Virus record (IMG/VR): IMGVR_UViG_3300021430_000595
Strand: one strand, 5' to 3'
DNA length: 64,000 bases
Source: a virus
Shown here: one piece after another, positions 58,021-64,000 of the stretch
How positions within the stretch are numbered: the stretch's first letter is position 1
Layout of the letters: every line of letters begins with the position of its first letter
Translations under genes and position numbers: made by a program
The notes under the pieces: model-generated
Seen by the model: only the letters and a program-made list of their open reading frames with translations
What the model was told of the DNA's origin: nothing
Database searches by the model: none

Positions 58021-59751
58021 ATGGGAGCATTATTAGAATCAGGTATGGTTGGTAACATCGGTCTTAAGCACCTTCGCGTTATCAAAGAAGATACCATTAA
58101 AAAATGGGATGACTTAGGATTCCTAGAGGGTCTTAACGGTCACCAAAAAGACAACATCGCACAATTGTATGAAAACCAAGCTTCATACCTAATCAACGAA
58201 GCGGCAGTAGCAGATGCTTCAGGTTCATTCGAAACTGTAGTATTCCCTATCATCCGTCGTGTTTTCTCTAAATTGTTAGCGAATGACATCGTATCAGTAC
58301 AAGCAATGAACTTACCAATCGGTAAATTGTTCTACTTCGTACCTAAAATCCAAGAAAGAACAGCAGGTAACGGACACTATCAACCATATGGTTTCCCTAG
58401 CAGCTTAACTGACCCTAACACTGGTTATACAGGTAACAACTTATATGACCGTTTCTATGAGGGTAGTGATGCTAACGACCAAGGTTTGTTCGACTACTCA
58501 AAAGGTGCATTCAGTACCATTAGTGTAAACCCACATGCGTTTGTTACTTTCTCAGCTGGTTCAGCATCTACATCTGCGGCAGCATTGTCAGGAGCAAGTG
58601 TATCAAGTTTCATTATCGCCGTATCAGGTTTCACAACTTATGATGGTGGTAGTAAACTTGCAGGTCCTAATGGTCACCCAATGGACACTGAAGAATTCTT
58701 AGCTTCATTAGGTGTAACTATCGCGGGTAACACAACTGCTAACAACGGTGCTAAAAACTTCAACGTAGTAACACAGAAGTATGGTAAGGGTATCGTTGAA
58801 TACGGTAGTAAATCTGCGGGTAGAACAGGTAACTACTTTAATGTATGTGACGCTGAAGGTGTTATCTACCTAAGTGTTGACGTAGAAACTTACACTAACA
58901 CATCAGGTTACACTGCAGCTGACTACTCAAGTAACGATTTAGCGTTAGCTAACATCACTGTTTCTTGGAGAGAGTACAGTTCATTAGAATTCGAAGAAGA
59001 AATCGGTGAGGTTTCATTCGACTTGGAATCAGTAACAGTTTCTGTAACTGAAAGAAAATTAAGAGCTAGCTGGTCTCCTGAATTAGCTCAAGACGTAAGT
59101 GCATTCCACAACATCGACGCTGAAGCTGAGTTAACAGCATTGTTATCTGAGCAAATCGCAGCTGAGATTGACCGTGAAATCTTACGTGACCTTCGTAAAG
59201 GTGCAGCTTGGACAGCTAAGTGGGACTATAACGAGTGGAAATACGGTAATGGTGGTTCATCATACGCTGGTTACACTCAAAAAGATTGGAACCAAACATT
59301 GGTTACCAAAATTAACCAAATCTCAGCTCAAATCCACAAAACTACTTTAAGAGGTGGTGCTAACTGGATTGTTGTATCTTCTGAGGTATCAGCAGTATTT
59401 GATGACTTGGAATACTTCCACGTATCAAACGCTCAACCTGAGCAAGACCAATACAACATGGGTATCGAGAAAATCGGTTCATTAGCAGGTCGTTACCAAG
59501 TTTACCGTGACCCTTATTTACCAGCAGGTAAAATCATCATCGGTCACAAAGGTAAATCATTGTTGGACGCTGGTTACATATACGCACCATACGTTCCATT
59601 ACAATTAACACCTACAATGTACAATCCATTTAACTTCACACCAATCAAAGGTATCATGACAAGATACGCTAAGAAAATGGTTAACAACCGTTACTTCGGT
59701 GTGATTAACGTAAATGGTCTACAGACTTTCAGTCTTGACACATTGAGATAA
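58021..59751 (+). CDS. Major capsid protein (T4 gp23-like)
   Basis: RKLRASWSPELAQD..H.IDAEAEL, YAPYVPL, TRYA. Confidence 0.95.
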   Translation: MGALLESGMVGNIGLKHLRVIKEDTIKKWDDLGFLEGLNGHQKDNIAQLYENQASYLINEAAVADASGSFETVVFPIIRRVFSKLLANDIVSVQAMNLPIGKLFYFVPKIQERTAGNGHYQPYGFPSSLTDPNTGYTGNNLYDRFYEGSDANDQGLFDYSKGAFSTISVNPHAFVTFSAGSASTSAAALSGASVSSFIIAVSGFTTYDGGSKLAGPNGHPMDTEEFLASLGVTIAGNTTANNGAKNFNVVTQKYGKGIVEYGSKSAGRTGNYFNVCDAEGVIYLSVDVETYTNTSGYTAADYSSNDLALANITVSWREYSSLEFEEEIGEVSFDLESVTVSVTERKLRASWSPELAQDVSAFHNIDAEAELTALLSEQIAAEIDREILRDLRKGAAWTAKWDYNEWKYGNGGSSYAGYTQKDWNQTLVTKINQISAQIHKTTLRGGANWIVVSSEVSAVFDDLEYFHVSNAQPEQDQYNMGIEKIGSLAGRYQVYRDPYLPAGKIIIGHKGKSLLDAGYIYAPYVPLQLTPTMYNPFNFTPIKGIMTRYAKKMVNNRYFGVINVNGLQTFSLDTLR

Positions 59752-59772
59752 TCATTAAACATCTCGAAATAG

Positions 59773-59803
59773 AAAGGGGGGACAATGTCCCTCCTTTTTT
59801 TTT
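59773..59803 (+). terminator. Terminator after capsid gene
   Basis: GGGGGACA/TGTCCCTCC followed by T tract. Confidence 0.75.
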
Positions 59804-59835
59804 GTATAAAAAAGAAAATTGTTTATATTTGCGTT

Positions 59836-60126
59836 ATGAAAAATTATAAATTAGAGAAGTTACAGAATGGTGAAACATTCGTGACAAGTGAGAAAGGTAA
59901 TTCAATGATACCACTAATTAAGTCGGGTCAAGAGCACAAATTAGAACCATGTGATTGGGTTAACACACAACCCGGTGATATTGTTTATTGTAAAGTTAAA
60001 GGTAATTATTATACACATTTAGTTATATCAAAAAACAATGACCGAGGTTGTTTAATTGGTAATAATCGTGGTGGTATTAATGGTTGGACAAAACAAATAT
60101 ACGGTAAAGTAATTGAAGTTCTATAA
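59836..60126 (+). CDS. S24/S26 peptidase-like small protein
   Basis: KGNSMIPLIKSG, GDIV. Confidence 0.55.
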   Translation: MKNYKLEKLQNGETFVTSEKGNSMIPLIKSGQEHKLEPCDWVNTQPGDIVYCKVKGNYYTHLVISKNNDRGCLIGNNRGGINGWTKQIYGKVIEVL

Positions 60127-60127
60127 T

Positions 60128-60481
60128 ATGGGTAAATTATCAAAAAAACAAATTGACAAGACACTGAAGTCTGATGAACCAATCGAGTATGATAAATTAA
60201 GGTTGGATGTTTTAAAAAGTTTGGTTGAAAGTAGAAATATCGATTGTAAACCAACAAAAGAAGTTATGGTTAAAACATTAATCATGGACGATGAGGGGAA
60301 ATATATAAGACCAATAGAGTATCAAAAACAAAGTGATAATAAGTTTATGGTTGGGATTGATATTAGAGACTCCGATAACTGTAGAGAGATGGGAAAATTA
60401 GTGGAAAAAGGAATTGCACATAGAATGAACCTTTACAGTAACGACAGAGTTTATTATATTTCAAGTCAAAAACTATCATGA
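60128..60481 (+). CDS. Hypothetical protein
   Basis: ORF in operon. Confidence 0.55.
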   Translation: MGKLSKKQIDKTLKSDEPIEYDKLRLDVLKSLVESRNIDCKPTKEVMVKTLIMDDEGKYIRPIEYQKQSDNKFMVGIDIRDSDNCREMGKLVEKGIAHRMNLYSNDRVYYISSQKLS

Positions 60482-60918
60482 ACTGGACCGAATACTTTTT
60501 AAACATTGCGGAAAACGTAAAAATCAAATCTAAAGACCAATCAACACAGATTGGTGCTGTTATAGTGGGTGAGGATAATGAAGTGTTATCTACGGGTTAT
60601 AACTCATTCCCAAGAGGATTGGATGACACTAAACAAGAACGTCAAGAAAGACCCGAAAAATACTTTTGGTTTGAACACGCTGAAAGAAATGCAATATATA
60701 ACGCCGCAAGGGTTGGAACACCTTTAAAAAATGCATCAATTTACATCACATCGGGAGTTCCTTGTATGGATTGTGCGAGAGGTATTGTAAATGCCGGTAT
60801 TAAGAAAGTTTATTGTAAAACTGTCTGTACAACAACTAATAAAGAAAAATGGGAAGAGTCCCAAAAAAGGAGTATCGAACTATTAAATGAGTGTGGTGTT
60901 GAGGTTATTTATTACTAA
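60478..60918 (+). CDS. dCMP deaminase
   Basis: HAERNAI, PCMDC, TGYN. Confidence 0.92.
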   Translation: MNWTEYFLNIAENVKIKSKDQSTQIGAVIVGEDNEVLSTGYNSFPRGLDDTKQERQERPEKYFWFEHAERNAIYNAARVGTPLKNASIYITSGVPCMDCARGIVNAGIKKVYCKTVCTTTNKEKWEESQKRSIELLNECGVEVIYY

Positions 60919-61186
60919 GTTTTTTAACTTTAACCATTAAGTCTCCACTTCCTTTTATAATTCTGTGATAAACACCTTCAGGTATGTGAATGGGGGTGTT
61001 TTTTTTTATCTTTACAGGTAATTCATCATCCATTTGAAACAACCAATCGGTTTCATATTCACACACAACAATACGGTCTTCTTCATCGAAATGCCACTTT
61101 AATTCCATTTCGGATAAGTCTGAAGAAAATGTTCTGACGTAAAACCCGTCTTTTAATTGTTCTATAAATGGTAATTCTTTTACCAT
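60905..61186 (-). CDS. Cupin-like protein
   Basis: WHFD..IPEGVYHRI. Confidence 0.6.
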   Translation of the reverse strand: MVKELPFIEQLKDGFYVRTFSSDLSEMELKWHFDEEDRIVVCEYETDWLFQMDDELPVKIKKNTPIHIPEGVYHRIIKGSGDLMVKVKKLSNK

Positions 61187-62721
61187 GGATTAGATGATTT
61201 TATTCCTAAAGCCTTACGATATCTAGAAATGTTACATGACCAATATCCTGCGGTTGTTCTATCTTTCTTTTGGTCACACTTGTGACGAGCTCTGAATGAT
61301 TTTGCTGCCTTTTTATTACTACTTCTAATTTTTAAGTTAGGGTCACCAAAAGTCACTTTAACAATATTACCACTTTTATTTTTAACGTATACTGCGAATT
61401 TTTTAGGTCCACCCGGTGTTCTAAATGGTTTATTTAGTTTTACGTTTCTACCTCTGTGTTTCGCCTCAACAAGATATTCTTCTTCTCCGAGTATGAATGG
61501 TATATCTAAATAAACTTCTTCACCTTCGTAAATTCCTGTTTTACCAATATCGGTCATTAGTAATTCATAGTCCTCACCATATACCTCTATATACCCTTTT
61601 TTCAACAATTCTCTAGACTCATTAAATAGGTTAAAGAATTTCTCAGAATATACTCGATAAACATTCTCAATTAACGGTTTTTCTTTAGTTATATGGAAGT
61701 TTAAACCTTCACTAATGATAACCTTTGATTCGGACAATGTCGTCAATCTCGGTGGGTTATATGAGTCAATAACCTCATCAATATCTAATGTAATTATATT
61801 ATTTTCATTCATAGTGTGACTCATACCCATGTAACCGTTTTTCATATAGTATTTGTTATATGTTTCCATGATTTTCTCATAATCCTCACCCAATCCATTT
61901 TCATTCATTAAATTCTTAAACCAACTTAATGTGTGTTCATCATTTAAATCATTATAAACGGCACCATTGTTTAAATCATCAAACATGTGTCTGTATATTG
62001 CAAATTTACCCGATTTTAATTTTTCTCTATAATTAGAATTTCTAATAATAATGTAAACTAATAAACCTGATTCAATATGTTCGATAAAGTCTTCATCATC
62101 GTGTCTTTTTGTTGTACACCATTTAGTGTTTGCACCATATTTACACGATGCGTTGTGTGTAAATGGAACAACCATTAAGAAATCGGGTGTTTGTAAAATC
62201 TTGTTATACTCATTTGGTGAAACATCAAATGCTTCACTAATTGATTTTACATTCTCATCGTATCTAGTAAATGTGGGTTTATTACCTTTACCGGGTTTTG
62301 GGTCTTTCTTTTCTGCTCTTCTTTTCTGTGATGTCATTGATTTCTTCTCTTTTTTACTATATGAAGAAGCCAATTTTGGTGTATCTTTTGAAACCTTTTT
62401 TAATGGTCTACATTTTGGATAACCTTTTCTACCTTTCTCACCATCCGCAGATTTTCTACCGCAAGGGGGATGTTTACCGTCAATCTTTCTTGACACGTCA
62501 ACCCATTTTTCTTTAAACCACCTACCCAAATCTTCGGTAAGTACTTCACCACTTTCAATGGATTCTTTTACATATTGAAAATCCTCTTCACTAATGTGGA
62601 TTTTAGTTGTGTAGTCTTCAGTGTTGTCGTTACCACACTTGTGGCACACATATGGGTCATTACCCCCTTCTGAGAGTTTCCAATTCCACCCACATTCATG
62701 ACAAGTAATTTTTTTATCCAT
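61180..62721 (-). CDS. Mosaic hypothetical protein with basic Cys-containing modules
   Basis: CHEC/CHKC; WFKEKWVD..CGR..PKCRP; YGANTKWCT; SFRARHKC..GYWSC. Confidence 0.6.
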   Translation of the reverse strand: MDKKITCHECGWNWKLSEGGNDPYVCHKCGNDNTEDYTTKIHISEEDFQYVKESIESGEVLTEDLGRWFKEKWVDVSRKIDGKHPPCGRKSADGEKGRKGYPKCRPLKKVSKDTPKLASSYSKKEKKSMTSQKRRAEKKDPKPGKGNKPTFTRYDENVKSISEAFDVSPNEYNKILQTPDFLMVVPFTHNASCKYGANTKWCTTKRHDDEDFIEHIESGLLVYIIIRNSNYREKLKSGKFAIYRHMFDDLNNGAVYNDLNDEHTLSWFKNLMNENGLGEDYEKIMETYNKYYMKNGYMGMSHTMNENNIITLDIDEVIDSYNPPRLTTLSESKVIISEGLNFHITKEKPLIENVYRVYSEKFFNLFNESRELLKKGYIEVYGEDYELLMTDIGKTGIYEGEEVYLDIPFILGEEEYLVEAKHRGRNVKLNKPFRTPGGPKKFAVYVKNKSGNIVKVTFGDPNLKIRSSNKKAAKSFRARHKCDQKKDRTTAGYWSCNISRYRKALGIKSSNPW

Positions 62722-62723
62722 TA

Positions 62724-63209
62724 TTAATAAATATTTGGTTTTATTAGTTTTAAAAATTCAACCCAAACATCTTGTGAGCTTTCATTTCTACCAATATTAG
62801 CACTATAACAACTTAATACAACATTACCTTTAATATAACCAAAGTTAATATCTAAACGGTCTAATGACGGTTGTTGGGGGTGTTTTTTAATTTCGGAAGG
62901 TATTAAATCGACACCGAACCAATAACATTTACCGTTTTGTTTTTTAAATAAATAATTTATATAATCAACATCAATATCTATTTCATGATTTCTATATTTA
63001 CAATCGTGTAATAGTGTATTTTGCCACAATCTAATTCTTCTTTCTTTTTGTTTAGTTGATTCTTCTTTGCGAAATTCAGGACTTTCTCTTTTTTTCCTTT
63101 TGTATTCTCTCGTAACAATTAAATGACAATTTTTACATGTTGAACTTCTTTTTGGATTATAAAAATCGATGTCATCTTTAATTATGTTACATTTATTACA
63201 TTTTTTCAT
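62724..63209 (-). CDS. Free-standing homing endonuclease-like protein
   Basis: SLDRLDINFGYIKGNVVL; related to 16673..17194. Confidence 0.75.
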   Translation of the reverse strand: MKKCNKCNIIKDDIDFYNPKRSSTCKNCHLIVTREYKRKKRESPEFRKEESTKQKERRIRLWQNTLLHDCKYRNHEIDIDVDYINYLFKKQNGKCYWFGVDLIPSEIKKHPQQPSLDRLDINFGYIKGNVVLSCYSANIGRNESSQDVWVEFLKLIKPNIY

Positions 63210-63262
63210 AAAATATGTTTATCCATTTATAAATATGTGGATAAACATAGAAAATTGGTAAA

Positions 63263-63688
63263 TTAAATTTTTTTCCATTTACCTCCCTTTGATTTGTATC
63301 TTTTAGCTGCCGCACCATTACAATACGCACTTGGACAAACTTTATATTTAGATTTAGCCCATGATAAACATGATGCCCAAAGTTTTGGATTTGTTGGTTT
63401 ATTTTTAGACTCGTCAATTTGATTTTCCTCATTTAATGAATCTTTAGTTGTGTTCATTAAAAAGTCAAATACTTGGTCCATATTCTCTTTCGCAACTGTG
63501 ATATGGTCATCAGCCCAATCATGACCATTTTGTAATATTTCCTCAACAACCATAGGGTCTAATTCTAACAGAAGTTGACATTGTCTATGTATTTGTTTTA
63601 GATTACTGAAGAACATGTAGTTCTCAGTTTTTTCCTCACTTTTGTAAGGTGCTAATTGTTGTTTTATAATTCCTTCTAAATTGTCCAT
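63263..63688 (-). CDS. Hypothetical protein
   Basis: C-terminal PSAY..YKSKGGKW module. Confidence 0.6.
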   Translation of the reverse strand: MDNLEGIIKQQLAPYKSEEKTENYMFFSNLKQIHRQCQLLLELDPMVVEEILQNGHDWADDHITVAKENMDQVFDFLMNTTKDSLNEENQIDESKNKPTNPKLWASCLSWAKSKYKVCPSAYCNGAAAKRYKSKGGKWKKI

Positions 63689-63702
63689 AATGATAAATAT
63701 TT

Positions 63703-63999
63703 TTATTTTTCTGATAGTATTTCAAACTTCACGTAGTTATCATAGAATATCTCTTCCGTGTAAGTTTTGGCTTTAAATTCCATGTAATATTCCCTTGGAA
63801 TCATATATGAGGTATCCAAGAAGAAAGAGTTCTCATTTGTGACATCAGTTTTTGTCCAATCATATATAACAACATTGGTGTTACCTTCTTTAATGAATAT
63901 TCTGTAATAAACTTCATCAAATAGAATTGTTCTAGATTGTTCAATTGACTTTAGATTTAATACTACTTTTTTTAATTCTCCTCTGATTATTTTCTCATT
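63703..63999 (-). CDS. 3' end of a gene starting beyond the window
   Basis: Open frame ...YVKFEILSEK* running to the window edge. Confidence 0.55.
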   Translation of the reverse strand, partial: NEKIIRGELKKVVLNLKSIEQSRTILFDEVYYRIFIKEGNTNVVIYDWTKTDVTNENSFFLDTSYMIPREYYMEFKAKTYTEEIFYDNYVKFEILSEK

Positions 64000-64000
64000 T

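Overview
AT-rich 64-kb segment of a large lytic, T4-like-headed phage. The host is probably Bacteroidota, based on TAnnTTTG promoters, a T9SS-type secreted protein, a Gly-initiated tmRNA tag and a phage bS21. Layout: 1-9.2 kb glycosyl/methyl/acetyl-transferase cluster; 10-16.4 kb probable virion proteins; 16.4-32.2 kb minus-strand translation/RNA island (tmRNA with a group I intron, smpB, about 32 tRNA or tRNA-like genes covering all 20 amino acids, homing endonucleases, unexplained structured RNAs); 32.3-40 kb secreted/outer-membrane proteins; 40-47 kb RNA-repair and chaperone genes; 47-59.8 kb head module (terminase, portal, bS21, protease, scaffold, major capsid); then dCMP deaminase and hypotheticals. 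Two systems stand out. (1) An array of seven covarying stem-loop RNAs (GG-CUA...U-UACUUCUA...CC) lies directly downstream of a 690-aa helical/TerD-like gene. One copy carries a tRNA T-arm and one is inserted, circularly permuted, into a tRNA-Asn anticodon stem, resembling Ro60/Y-RNA systems. (2) An amber-suppressor tRNA(CUA) sits beside three reading frames, including a PTH2-like peptidyl-tRNA hydrolase, each interrupted near the start by TAG in the same TAG-ATT-AAY context, although the genome otherwise uses the standard code. All calls are from manual reading; no database search was run.
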